64,000 nucleotides of DNA from Macrostomum hystrix (lineage: Eukaryota; Animalia; Platyhelminthes): contig CATNEN010000002.1 in the NCBI GenBank assembly GCA_950097015.1, forward strand, positions 5,890,001-5,954,000, written 5' to 3'. The number at the start of each line of letters is the position of its first letter. The stretch's first letter is position 1. The position numbers and the translations under genes were made by a program. The notes under the pieces were generated by a model. It was not told where the DNA came from. It saw only the letters and a list, made by a program, of their open reading frames with translations, and did not search any database. Shown piece by piece: positions 41,411 through 51,355 of this stretch.

Positions 41411-42379
41411 ACAGAGACGGATAGAATTGAGACACGAAAATGGTGGCTGAAATTCGTGACGCAATTACCAAGATGTTACTATGCTCAATTGCTGCCCCAG
41501 GACAATATCCCAATACCAAAGTGTCAATTGTACTCCGAGGTAAAAAAAATTCATTTCCGATTTGTTCTGGATGAATATGACAGAATTATTTAGGCAGAAT
41601 GATATTTTCGTGACAAAGGCGGGTTACTCAAAAGACACATTAATTGCAGGGCATCACCCGGCTGTGGAAATTACCCTAAAAATATCTTCTCACCCCCCTA
41701 TAAAGCCGCTACCACACGAAGCGTCAATCAAAAGCGACTCGGTTAATAATTATTTCTTGACAGGCCAAATGCTCACGAGTTCATAGTAAACTGACACTGA
41801 TAATTATCTGCTTCTGCTGCTGAAGCCTCACCTGGAGCAGTAATGCCAGTTGGACTGCCACAGGTGCTCAGAAACAGACTCATGTTTGTGTTGTTTTATC
41901 AGGATTTTGAAGAGTCCGATTTTGAACACGAAAAGTTGTAAATCACATCTCAAGTTCGAGCATTGCATGTCGCAAGTTGAGACGACTCAAACTTTGTGTC
42001 AGACAGAATCAGAAAACTATTTTTAGACAGAGTATGAAACTGATAAAATATCATGAAAATGATCCATAAAATAAAGCATCATGAAGCACTGATAAAAGCC
42101 CCAGCTACACTACTGAAAAGAAACCAATTGAGTAGCATGACGAGAGCATAGCACAGATGATAAATTTCACTGTTCGAATGCTGATAACGCCACGCTATTT
42201 AACTGGTGTAGGCCTGAAATCTAACACGGTTATTAAAATTTCTTGTCAAGGTCAATTTAAGCAAACACGAGCAAAAAAGGACTCTGACCTTTGTCCCTGG
42301 TACCGACTGGCTCTGAACATTTCTATGCTCAATCTCTTGCAAGCAAGTTTCAAGTCAAACATTAATTGTATAGTGGACA

Positions 42380-42590
42380 CCTGAGACAGAACAGCTGAGA
42401 CAGAACAGCTGAGACAGAACAGCTGAGACACAATGCCATGAGACAGAACAGCTGAGACAGAACAGCTGAGACACAATGCCATGAGACAGAACAGCTGAGA
42501 CAGAACAGCTGAGACAGAACAGCTGAGACAGAACAGCTGAGACAGAACAGCTGAGACAGAACACCTGAGACAGAACAGCTGAGACAGAAT
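42380..42590. repeat. 14-bp minisatellite (GAGACAGAACAGCT)n
   Basis: Tandem units. Confidence 0.95.
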
Positions 42591-42646
42591 GCCATAATTC
42601 AGAACAGCGGTGAGAGGCAGGGGCTTCAGCTGTTCAGCGAACTCAC

Positions 42647-42772
42647 CGCACTCTTCCAGCGCACAACCAGAGCTCGGCGACCGTCCTGCAGCAGCTGTGA
42701 GTAGCTCTCTTGGTGCGCCTGGCACTCCTGCCTGGTGAAAGTCTGCTCAACCACCAGCAGGATGCGAGCCCA
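42647..42772 (-). CDS. nan: TRPV exon 11 (second half of the TRP helix)
   Basis: CTGCAG|TGG...GCG|GTGAGT. WARILLVVEQ...YSQLLQDGRRALVVRW resembles Nanchung WARIVLVVER...YSQPMSDGRRALVLR as recalled. Confidence 0.92.
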
Positions 42773-42945
42773 CTGCAGGTAAATTCAGTTTCAGAGAATA
42801 ATGTATTGCTCAGAATTGTCAGGTAACTTTGTCTGCGAATTCAGTAAATCACAATAAGCGGGCCATTCAAAATAAAAATGAACACTTAATAACCAACAGC
42901 ACTTGAAACCACGATTGGCGTTCCGGTCTAGAGAATATGTTTTTT

Positions 42946-42951
42946 TTTATT
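42946..42951 (-). terminator. Candidate poly(A) signal of DHCR24
   Basis: AATAAA within AAAATAAAAAAAAA about 265 bp after the DHCR24 stop and about 170 bp before the TRPV exon 11 acceptor. Confidence 0.45.
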
Positions 42952-43214
42952 TTGCAGAGGAAATCAACAAACAGTCTATATTAGACTTACTTATTTGAGT
43001 TTATCTATTAGTACGGCCAAGAGTAAAGCTTATAACAATTCTAACATGCAAAGTGTACTTAAAAAACAATCATAGAAAAATTTAAACACCACTTTGCCAA
43101 CAACTGCTAACGCTTTATAGTATCACTATATCACCAGTTTAGTTCAAACGACTTGGATGCTTGCAATTAAGAAAATTGTTTTTTTGCTGGACAATGGCCT
43201 AACCACAATGTTCC

Positions 43215-44750
43215 TCAGTCTCGCACGCTTCTATTGATCTTGTCGTAGACGCGCGGAAATGCGTCGTTGGTTCGAGTCAGGTTTTCCCTCAGCTTGTTGT
43301 ATAGTCGGTGATCGAACATCGCCTCGAACTCGTCCGTCGTCATGAATGTGTCGGCGTAGAGCATCTGGAAGCCGCGGACCTGGCGCACGTAGGCCTCAAG
43401 GCGGCGGGTTGTGGCCTCCGCCTTGTACTGCGCGTTCTTGGGCGCTCCGTACGCGCCGATGTCAACGTACATCTGGGCCTGGTCGTCCCGCGGGCGGAGC
43501 ATGCCGGGGTTGTCGGGCAGGTAGAACGGGCACAGCCACAGCGGGTACATGTTGATCTCGCGGTGGAACACGCGAACGGCCTCGGCTAACTCAGTCATCG
43601 GCACCAGCATGTCCTGGATGATCTGGTGCGTCTCGTACATCTTCTTCACTGTCTCGCCCTGCGTCAGCTTCATCAAGGACACCTTGGGAGGCACAGCCCA
43701 GCCAAGAAGGTAGCGGAAAATCGGATGGTTGCCGAACGGCACAATGTCTTGCATCTGCCAGAAGATGCTGCGCGAGTGGCGGTGATAATAGTGCCTGGTG
43801 GGAATGAACTCCACGCCGCCGCCGGTCTTAAGAAACTTCTCCACGTGCTTGAAAAACCACGGCTTCCAGTAGTCGCCGATGCGGTTGATCTTGTCCGGGT
43901 CGGCCTGGTTGGTGGACTTGCCCACCATGACAACTCCGGTCTCAGCTGAGTAGACCAGGCCCTCCACAAAGTCGTTTTCCTCGCGTTTTGCCGATTCAAC
44001 TGCGAAAGTCTTGGACAGTTCGTCCAGCGAGTGGCAGGGGATGTACGTGAGCCGGACGAACGAGTGCGCCGGGATCAGGCGGATGGTGGCGGACACCAGG
44101 AAGCCCAGGGTGCCGTAGGACCAGGGCACGGCGTAGAACAGGTCGGAGTTCTCCTTGGCGCTGCAGGTGACGAGGCTGCCATCGGCTAGAACCAGCTCGT
44201 AGCTCTCGCAGATGTGCTGAAAGAGGCCGTGCACGTGCGACGAAGTCTCCACGCCGGTGCCCATGACGAGGCCGCCGACGGTGAGGTCGTCCAGCTCGGG
44301 CACGATGGGGATGGTCCAGCCGAGAGGCAGCAGGGTGGCCGTCAGCTGCCCCATCGACACCATCGGCTCGCAGCGCACCGTCCTGGAGTTCGGATTGACC
44401 TCCAGGATGTCGATCAGGTTGACGTTGACATTGTAGTGCGTCTTCTTGTACTTTCCCCGACGGAAGGACATGTTCTGCCAGCCCGGCCTGGCGGTGCAGA
44501 GTTTCTGCTGGCTGCCGCTCTTGGCCCAGGCCGCGATCTGGCGCTGGACGTCCTTCACCCGGGCGTCGTGCTGGCGCGGCGCGCTGCGCAGCCTGAAGAC
44601 GATCTTGTTGCGCACGTAGAAGAAGGCATCGTAGAGTAGCGACAGCGGCAGCAGGAACAGCAGAACGAACACCCAGCGGTAGTTGACCAGGATGTAGGCG
44701 AACAGCTTCTCAGACATTGGCGCATTCTCAAGACCAGCCATCGGGTCCAT
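43215..44750 (-). CDS. DHCR24: Delta(24)-sterol reductase, intronless, nested in TRPV intron 10
   Basis: Uninterrupted 511-aa ORF with RWVFVLLFLLPLS, TARPGW, GKYKKTH, VPELDDLTVGGLVMGTGVETSSH, YELVLADG and LFYAVPWSYGTLGFL, all DHCR24/DWF1 FAD-oxidoreductase motifs. Confidence 0.97.
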   Translation of the reverse strand: MDPMAGLENAPMSEKLFAYILVNYRWVFVLLFLLPLSLLYDAFFYVRNKIVFRLRSAPRQHDARVKDVQRQIAAWAKSGSQQKLCTARPGWQNMSFRRGKYKKTHYNVNVNLIDILEVNPNSRTVRCEPMVSMGQLTATLLPLGWTIPIVPELDDLTVGGLVMGTGVETSSHVHGLFQHICESYELVLADGSLVTCSAKENSDLFYAVPWSYGTLGFLVSATIRLIPAHSFVRLTYIPCHSLDELSKTFAVESAKREENDFVEGLVYSAETGVVMVGKSTNQADPDKINRIGDYWKPWFFKHVEKFLKTGGGVEFIPTRHYYHRHSRSIFWQMQDIVPFGNHPIFRYLLGWAVPPKVSLMKLTQGETVKKMYETHQIIQDMLVPMTELAEAVRVFHREINMYPLWLCPFYLPDNPGMLRPRDDQAQMYVDIGAYGAPKNAQYKAEATTRRLEAYVRQVRGFQMLYADTFMTTDEFEAMFDHRLYNKLRENLTRTNDAFPRVYDKINRSVRD

Positions 44751-44835
44751 GGCTGTGTGTTTTTGCTCACTGTTTGTCTTTGTTTAGCAATCAAAGCTTT
44801 CTGGTTCTGCAAACGTCAATTTTTCTTCACAATCG

Positions 44836-44842
44836 CTTTATA
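44836..44842 (-). promoter_or_regulatory. Candidate TATA box for DHCR24
   Basis: TATAAAG about 30 bp upstream of TTTGCAG|AACC and about 90 bp upstream of the ATG. Confidence 0.35.
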
Positions 44843-45126
44843 AGCCAGTCAAAAGTAGCAGAACAAGGCCAAGGCACACATTGCTTCCTATGCAGAGTGT
44901 GGGGCCGAGTGGTACGATTTTTTAAAGTCCATTGTACTGACACTATCTCTCCACACTTTCCATTCAGCCATCTGTACGCTAATATAGACACCCGCCTCAT
45001 GGAGAATGTACGCGAGTAATGTCCAGCCCAGTTCAAGAGTGACCAGTTGTACTCTCTGACAAATAATAATTTTTACACTCATTCCGTCTACTGAAAGTAG
45101 AAATGCAAGAACATTGCAGTGCTCAC

Positions 45127-45243
45127 CTGACGCAGCCATTCTTTCTGAGTCTCGTTGACAGCCTCGAATGTGTGACCCATCATGGCGATGAGCATGTTGA
45201 CCAGCAGCAGAGTGACCAGGATCATGTAGACCACAAACAGGAA
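45127..45243 (-). CDS. nan: TRPV exon 10 (S6 and start of the TRP helix)
   Basis: CACAG|TTC...CAG|GTGAGC; [39 protein letters not shown]. Confidence 0.95.
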
Positions 45244-45325
45244 CTGTGAGTTTTCAAAGAGTTCATAAAAATTCATACATAAGACCGATTTTTCTTGAGT
45301 TGTCGTCGTCTATGGCAATTCCTAC

Positions 45326-45471
45326 CTTCCCCATGCTGCTGTGTGCCGAGCAGTCAAACTGCTCGTAGATCTCGGCGAACTCTCCCAGCGACATGATGAA
45401 CATCCCCATCAGGGCCTCGCCGGGGTCGTGAAAGATGCTGGCGTCGACGCGGCGGAAGACGATAAACATCG
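45326..45471 (-). CDS. nan: TRPV exon 9 (pore region)
   Basis: CGCCAG|CG...AAG|GTAGGA; MFIVFRR...ALMGMFIMSLGEFAEIYEQF. Confidence 0.93.
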
Positions 45472-45524
45472 CTGGCGGTGTGAAGGGTTTGATGTGGTTT
45501 TGACGCTTGTTGAAACGCTCCCAG

Positions 45525-45795
45525 TCTTTTGATTGGCTAGAGGAATAACACTGGGCTCCCCAAAGAAACATTCTGTACTCTGATTGGCTGGAGGTATGCA
45601 ATGTGACTCTCAAATGTGTTTCCCGTGCTCTGATTGGATGGAGGAATAAAGCGTGACTCTTACATGTACACTCTGAATTGACCTCTGATTGGCTGGAAGA
45701 ATATACCAAAACTTTCCTATATGTTTTCCGTGTTCCGATTGGATGGAGGAACAAAACGTGGCTATTCAATGTACACTCTGCATTCTGATTGGTTC
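45525..45795 (-). promoter_or_regulatory. Six phased CCAAT/Y-box motifs in TRPV intron 8
   Basis: ATTGG at 45532, 45583, 45633, 45688, 45738 and 45788, mostly in a CTGATTGG[C/A/T] context. Confidence 0.5.
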
Positions 45796-45848
45796 AATTC
45801 ACGCTAATGTACATCCGATGTGAGACACTCGGCCCTCAGTTTGCTCAC

Positions 45849-46110
45849 CCTGCGAGAAGCCCATCATGAAGATGATGTAGATGGTGCAGAAGCGCAGCAG
45901 ATCGCCGACCACCATCCTGTAGATCATCAGCACGAAGGGGCCGACAATTTTAAAGCCGCGACAGAAGAATAGAAAGTACGGCGCCGTGAACAGGATGGCA
46001 AACACGGCGATGTAGTCTTCGACGTCGGAGACACAGGCAGCGCGACAGGGCACCATGGCAACCACGAGGATGCAGGACGTCTGGTACAGACAGCGCATTG
46101 GCGTGGCTTT
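45849..46110 (-). CDS. nan: TRPV exon 8 (S3-S5)
   Basis: GAGCAG|AAA...CAG G|GTGAG; TAPYFLFFCRGFKIVGPFVLMIYRMVVGDLLRF is a Nanchung/OCR hallmark. Confidence 0.96.
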
Positions 46111-46231
46111 CTGCTCGGAATGGATCGAAACAGATTCTTCCTCACTTAGTCTCGTTTCTACGCGGGTACGTTATTATTATATACTCCTTATAGTTTGCTC
46201 CCCAAATCCTCGACACAGACCATCCACTCAC

Positions 46232-46339
46232 CAGCATCATGACGTAAATTCGAATGCCCTGGTAGTAGATGTCTCGACAAACGAAGCATAAATTTCCTGT
46301 TGCCATGACTACCACGACGCACTCACAGACGAGACGGAG
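46232..46339 (-). CDS. nan: TRPV exon 7 (S2)
   Basis: GTTCAG|CTC...CTG|GTGAGT; LRLVCECVVVVMATGNLCFVCRDIYYQG. Confidence 0.9.
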
Positions 46340-46404
46340 CTGAACAGGGAGATCAAAGCGGGATTTTAAATACATTTATAATAATTTCTCGTAATAGAAG
46401 TGAG

Positions 46405-47005
46405 ATCTAATCCCTCAGTTTCTAATCCCTCACGATCCCACAGGCTGCAATCCCTCAGGGTCTAATCCCTCAGGGCCTAATCCCTCAGTATCTAATCCCT
46501 CAGGGCCTAATACCTCAGGATCTAATCCCTCAGATCTAATCCCTCAGATCTAATCCCTCAGATCCCTCAGGATCTAATCCCTCAGATCCCTCAGGATCTA
46601 ATCCCTCAGATCCCTCAGGATCTAATCCCTCAGGATCTAATCCCTCAGATCGCTCAGAATCTAATCCATCAGGATCTAATGCCTCCCGGCCTAATCCCTC
46701 AGGATCTAATCCCTAAGATCTAATCCCTCAGATCGCTCAGAATCTAATCCTTCAGGATCTAATCCTTCAGGATCTAATCCCTCAGGATCTAATTCCTCAG
46801 GATCTAATCCTTCAGGATCTGATCCCTCAGGATCTAATCCCTCAGGATCTAATCCCTAAGATCTAATCCCTCAGATCGCTCAGAATCTAATCCTTCAGGA
46901 TCTAATCCTTCAGGATCTAATCCCTCAGGATCTAATTCCTCAGGATCTAATCCTTCAGGATCTGATCCCTCAGGATCTAATCCCTCAGGGCTAAATCCCT
47001 CAGGT
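46405..47005. repeat. 14/15-bp minisatellite (TCTAATCCCTCAGGA)n, TRPV intron 6
   Basis: Tandem units. Confidence 0.95.
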
Positions 47006-47022
47006 TCTCAGGCAGCGCTCAC

Positions 47023-47218
47023 GTAGCTCTCCCAGTCAGGTGTGGCCAGCAGGTAGCACTTGTTCTTCACTTGTATCTGGGTGGTGGTGAAGCTGCCGTT
47101 GCCCAAAGACACGTTCAGCTCTCGAGTTGTGGGGTAGCGGTCAGTTCCAGGCCGCAGCAAGAACACGGTCAGGAAGAACACGAAGTAGGCAGCGAAAGAG
47201 AAGAACATGCGGAAGAAT
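47023..47218 (-). CDS. nan: TRPV exon 6 (S1 and loop)
   Basis: ACCGCAG|A TTC...TAC|GTGAGC; RFFRMFFSFAAYFVFFLTVFLLRPG. Confidence 0.93.
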
Positions 47219-47259
47219 CTGCGGTTTAAATGAAGGAATGGGGACTTTTGTTCATTTTT

Positions 47260-48900
47260 ATAGCGGATTTCTTGTTCTTGGAGCGGATTTCATTTCTGGG
47301 AGCGGATTTCTGGTACTGGGAGCGGATTTTTTGTTCTGGTAGCGGCTTTTTTGTTTTTGGAGCGGATTTCTTGTTCTGGGAGCGGATTTCTGGTCTTGGG
47401 AGCGGATTTCTTGTTCTGGGAGCGGATTTCTTATTCTGGGAGCGAATTTCTTGTTCTGGGAGCGGATTTCTTCTTCTGGGAGCGGATTTCTGGTTTTGGG
47501 AGCAGATTTCTAGTCTTGGGAGCGGATTTCTGGTCCGGGAGCGGATTTCTGGTCCGGGAGCGGATTTCTGGTACTGGGAGCGGATTTCTGGTACTGGGAG
47601 CGGGTTTCTGGTTCTGGGAGCGGATTTCTGGTACTGGGAGCGGATTTCTGGTTCTGGGAGCGGATTTCTGGTACTGGGAGCGGATTTTCTTGTTCTGGGA
47701 GCGGATTTCTGGTCTTGGAAGCGGATTTCTTGTTCTGGGAGCGGAATTATTGTTCTGGGAGCGGATTTCTTGTTCTGAGAGCGGATTTCTGGTACTGGGA
47801 GCCGATTTTTTGTCTTGGAAGCGGATTTCTGGTTCTCGGAGCGGATTTCTGGTACTGGGAGCGGATTTCTGGTACTGGGAGCCGATTTTTTGTTCTGGGA
47901 GCGGATTTCTGGTACTGGGAGCGGATTTCTGGTACTGGGAGCGGATTTTTTGTTCTGGGAGCGGCTTTTTTGTTTTTGGAGCGGATTTCTGGTCTTGGAA
48001 GCGGATTTCTGGTTCTAGGAGCGGAATCATTCTTCTGGGAGCGGATTTCTGGTTCTAGGAGCGGATTTCGTCTTCTGGGAGCGGATTTCTGGTCTTGGGA
48101 GCAGATTTCTAGTCTTGGGAGCGGATTTCTGGTTCTGGGAGCGGAAATAGTTGTTATGGGAGCGGATTTCTGGTCCGGGAGCGGATTTCTGGTACCGGGA
48201 GCGGATTTCTGGTTCTGGGAGCGGATTTCTTGTTCTGGAGCGGATTTCTGGTACTGGGAGCGGATTTCTGGTACTGGGAGCGGATTTTTTGTTCTGGGAG
48301 CGGCTTTTTTGTTTTTGGAGCGGATTTCTTGTTCTGGGAGCGGATTTCTGGTCTTGGGAGCGGATTTCTTGTTCTGGGAGCGGATTTCTTATTCTGGGAG
48401 CGAATTTCTTGTTCTGGGAGCGGATTTCTTCTTCTGGGAGCGGATTTCTGGTTTTGGGAGCAGATTTCTAGTCTTGGGAGCGGATTTCTGGTTCTGGGAG
48501 CGGATTTCTTGTTCTGGAGCGGATTTCTGGTACTGGGAGCGGATTTCTGGTACTGGGAGCGGATTTTTTGTTCTGGTAGCGGCTTTTTTGTTTTTGGAGC
48601 GGATTTCTTGTTCTGGGAGCGGATTTCTGGTCTTGGGAGCGGATTTCTTGTTCTGGGAGCGGATTTCTTATTCTGGGAGCGAATTTCTTGTTCTGGGAGC
48701 GGATTTCTTCTTCTGGGAGCGGATTTCTGGTTTTGGGAGCAGATTTCTAGTCTTGGGAGCGGATTTCTGGTCCGGGAGCGGATTTCTGGTCCGGGAGCGG
48801 ATTTCTGGTACCGGGAGCGGATTTCTGGTTCTGGGAGCGGATTTCTTGTTCTGGAGCGGATTTCTGGTACTGGGAGTGGATATCATGATCAGTAAGCGGA
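47260..48900. repeat. 20-bp minisatellite (GGGAGCGGATTTCTGGTTCT)n filling TRPV intron 5
   Basis: Tandem units with internal block duplications (47342, 48301, 48580). Confidence 0.97.
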
Positions 48901-48961
48901 TTTCATGATCAGGGAGGGGATTTCATAATCAGGTATCGAATTTTATTGCAGAAGTGCTCAC

Positions 48962-49044
48962 CTTCGGCGCACATAGGTTTCCCATTTTCGTTCCAGTAGG
49001 CGGACCACAACACCGTCCAGCATGTTCAGGTGCTCAATCTTGGA
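48962..49044 (-). CDS. nan: TRPV exon 5
   Basis: TTTCAG|TCC...AG|GTGAGC; SKIEHLNMLDGVVVRLLERKWETYVRR. Not in the ORF track. Confidence 0.93.
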
Positions 49045-49134
49045 CTGAAAGCAAGAAATTTGTTTATTGGGTTGAAATCGGAGTTGAAATCAGAACCACG
49101 CTCGTATTTTCCTTTCCATTCCTTCTTCCATTCG

Positions 49135-49430
49135 GATCTTAGGGATTTCCATTGAGATCTAAGGGATTTTAATTGGTATCCATGGGATTTCCATTGGGAT
49201 CTAAAGGATTTCCAATATGATCTAAATTATTTCCATTGGGATGTAAGGGATTTCAGTTGGGATCTAAAGAGATTTCCGTTGGGATCTAAGGGATTCTCAC
49301 TGGGATATAAAGGATTTATATTGGGATCCAAGGGATTTCCATTGGGATCTAAAGGATTTCGATTGGGATCTAACGGAAACCATTGGGATCCAAGGGATTT
49401 CCAATATTATCCAAGGGATTTTCATTGGGA
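49135..49430. repeat. Degenerate 21-bp minisatellite (GGGATTTCCATTGGGATCTAA)n, TRPV intron 4
   Basis: Tandem units. Confidence 0.9.
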
Positions 49431-49744
49431 CTGTAACACACTAAAAGTGGTGAACGAACCTCGCGCTGGCAGACCGAGACCGGTTTCTGGCTTGTTTGCC
49501 TTCGTCAGTCATTCATAGCCACACGCCGTCCTCTCCCACCACTCTTAGTGTGGACAGAAGTCTCTTTTAAGCTTGCCATTTTTATGGCGATATTTTTTTG
49601 TGTTATGTGAGAGTTTTGCAGCCAAGTCTTTGCTTTTCTACTGTTGTCAGTAGTCTGAATTGTATCTCTCACAGGGACGATATGTATTTCGATTAGGATC
49701 TTTAATTGGTTTTGGAGAGGTTTCCATTGCGAACTAGTACTCAC

Positions 49745-49894
49745 CCCAAAGGCTATGTAGATCAGGGAAGAGTCCTTGTTGATGGAGCCGTCATGTCGGA
49801 TGGTGTCCAGTTCCGTCAAGGGGTGAGCCACACACATCACCTCACTGTAGCGCCAGCGGACCTCGCGATCGAGCATGAGGATCAGGTTGTGCAT
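49745..49894 (-). CDS. nan: TRPV exon 4
   Basis: GACCAG|ATG...GGG|GTGAGT; LDREVRWRYSEVMCVAHPLTELDTI...INKDSSL. Confidence 0.94.
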
Positions 49895-49984
49895 CTGGTC
49901 AATGCGTTTCAATATTTTTTAGCACTAACAACTCTACCGCAAGTAATAAATCAGAATTTTAATTTTTACTCCAAAGCTTAAAAA

Positions 49985-50395
49985 TTAATCTCACACATTC
50001 CTATACCAATCTCACCCATTCCTGTAACAATCTCACCCATTCCTATACCAATCTCACCCATTCCTGTAACAATCTCACCCATTCCTATAACAATCTCACC
50101 CATTCCTATAACAATCTCACCCATTCCTATAACAATCTCACCCATTCCTATAACAATCTCACCCATTCCTATAACAATCTCACCCATTCCTATAACAATC
50201 TCACCCATTCCTATAACAATCTCACCCATTCCTATAACAATCTCACCCATTCCTATAACAATCTCACCCATTCCTATAACAATCTCACCCATTCCTATTA
50301 CAATCTCACCCATTCCTATAACAATCTCACCCATTCCTATAACAATCTCACCCATTCCTATAACAATCTCACCCATTCCTATAACAATCTCACCC
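49985..50395. repeat. 21-bp minisatellite (TCTCACCCATTCCTATAACAA)n, TRPV intron 3
   Basis: Tandem units. Confidence 0.96.
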
Positions 50396-50576
50396 TGTTG
50401 CCCCATCATCTCGCCCTACTATCACATTATCTCACCCTATTTTCTCATCATCTCACCCTGTTGTCTCATCATCTCACTCTATTAACTCATCATCTCACCG
50501 TACTGTCTCATCATCCCCATCTATCTTCTCATTCTCATCCCTTAAAAGCAAGCTCAACACATTCCGAGATTCGAAC

Positions 50577-50853
50577 CTCCAACCGTCCGAGCTTGGCAGC
50601 CAGGGTGAGTGGCGTGAGGCCCTGGTTGTTGCGAATGTCCAGTCGGGCCTTCTTATTCACCAGCAGAATGAAGAGCTTCTGGGCCACCTTCAGGTTCATG
50701 TTGGGCTGGTGAATGACCAGGATGTGCAGCACTGTGTTGCCATTGGTGTCCTGACGGTTGGGATCCGCGTTTCTCGACAACAGCAGCCGCACGCATTGCT
50801 CCTGACCGCAGCAGGCGGCGAAGCTCAGCGGGTACTCGCCCCAGTACACGTGC
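50577..50853 (-). CDS. nan: TRPV exon 3 (ankyrin repeats)
   Basis: GTCCAG|G CAC...GAG|GTTCGA; VYWGEYPLSFAAC...QDTNGNTVLHILV...NNQGLTPLTLAAKLG. Confidence 0.96.
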
Positions 50854-51034
50854 CTGGACAAGGACAGGTTAGATTGCCCCCCACAGCAGTCAGTACTCCC
50901 GAATTCAATCAGAAAGTATCACTTTCTTTGACTACTCGTAGGTTACTAGAATATCACGTTCGATTCGTTTTAAGAACCACCAGGAATACATTTTTATCCC
51001 CTGGAACATATAATCCCCTCCGTGTCCCCTTAAA

Positions 51035-51325
51035 ATATCCTCAGAATCAATCACCTCAGAATCTATCCCCACAGAATCAATCCCCTCAGAATATATCCCT
51101 CAGAATCAATCCCCTCAGAATCTATCACCTCAGAATATATCCCCTCAGAATCTATCACCTCAGAATCTATCCCCTCAGAAAATATCCCATCAGAATCTAT
51201 CCCCTCAGAATCTATCCCCTCAGAATCTATACCCTCAGAATCTATCCCATCAGAATCTATCCCCTCAGAATCTATCCCCTCAGAATCCATCCCCTCAGAA
51301 TCTATCCCCTCAAAATCTATCCCAT
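51035..51325. repeat. 15-bp minisatellite (TCTATCCCCTCAGAA)n, TRPV intron 2
   Basis: Tandem units. Confidence 0.95.
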
Positions 51326-51355
51326 TCTTAAGCATCGCTGAGTGCTGATGCTCAC

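Noticed and set aside
43308-44639. Plus-strand ORFs at 43308, 43346, 43626 and 44214
   Set aside because: They are antisense shadows of the GC-rich DHCR24 CDS. Similar shadows occur over the TRPV, LMO and bHLH exons.
43215-44750. Horizontal transfer of DHCR24 (intronless, GC-rich)
   Set aside because: The motifs follow the animal-type sequence as I recall it, and the GC-rich codon usage is shared with the native TRPV, LMO and bHLH exons.
44880-44960. Sterol regulatory elements upstream of DHCR24 (GTGGGGCCGA, ATCTCTCCAC)
   Set aside because: Only about 7/10 matches to ATCACCCCAC, which is expected by chance.
44751-45127. In-frame TRPV-DHCR24 fusion protein
   Set aside because: The candidate acceptors I checked upstream of the DHCR24 ATG are out of frame with the phase-0 exon 10 donor or lead directly to a stop.
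45525-45795. CRISPR-like conserved-core/variable-spacer array
   Set aside because: The core is only ~10-18 bp, the spacers are related to one another, and there are no cas genes. It is better explained as a decayed tandem repeat with CCAAT boxes.
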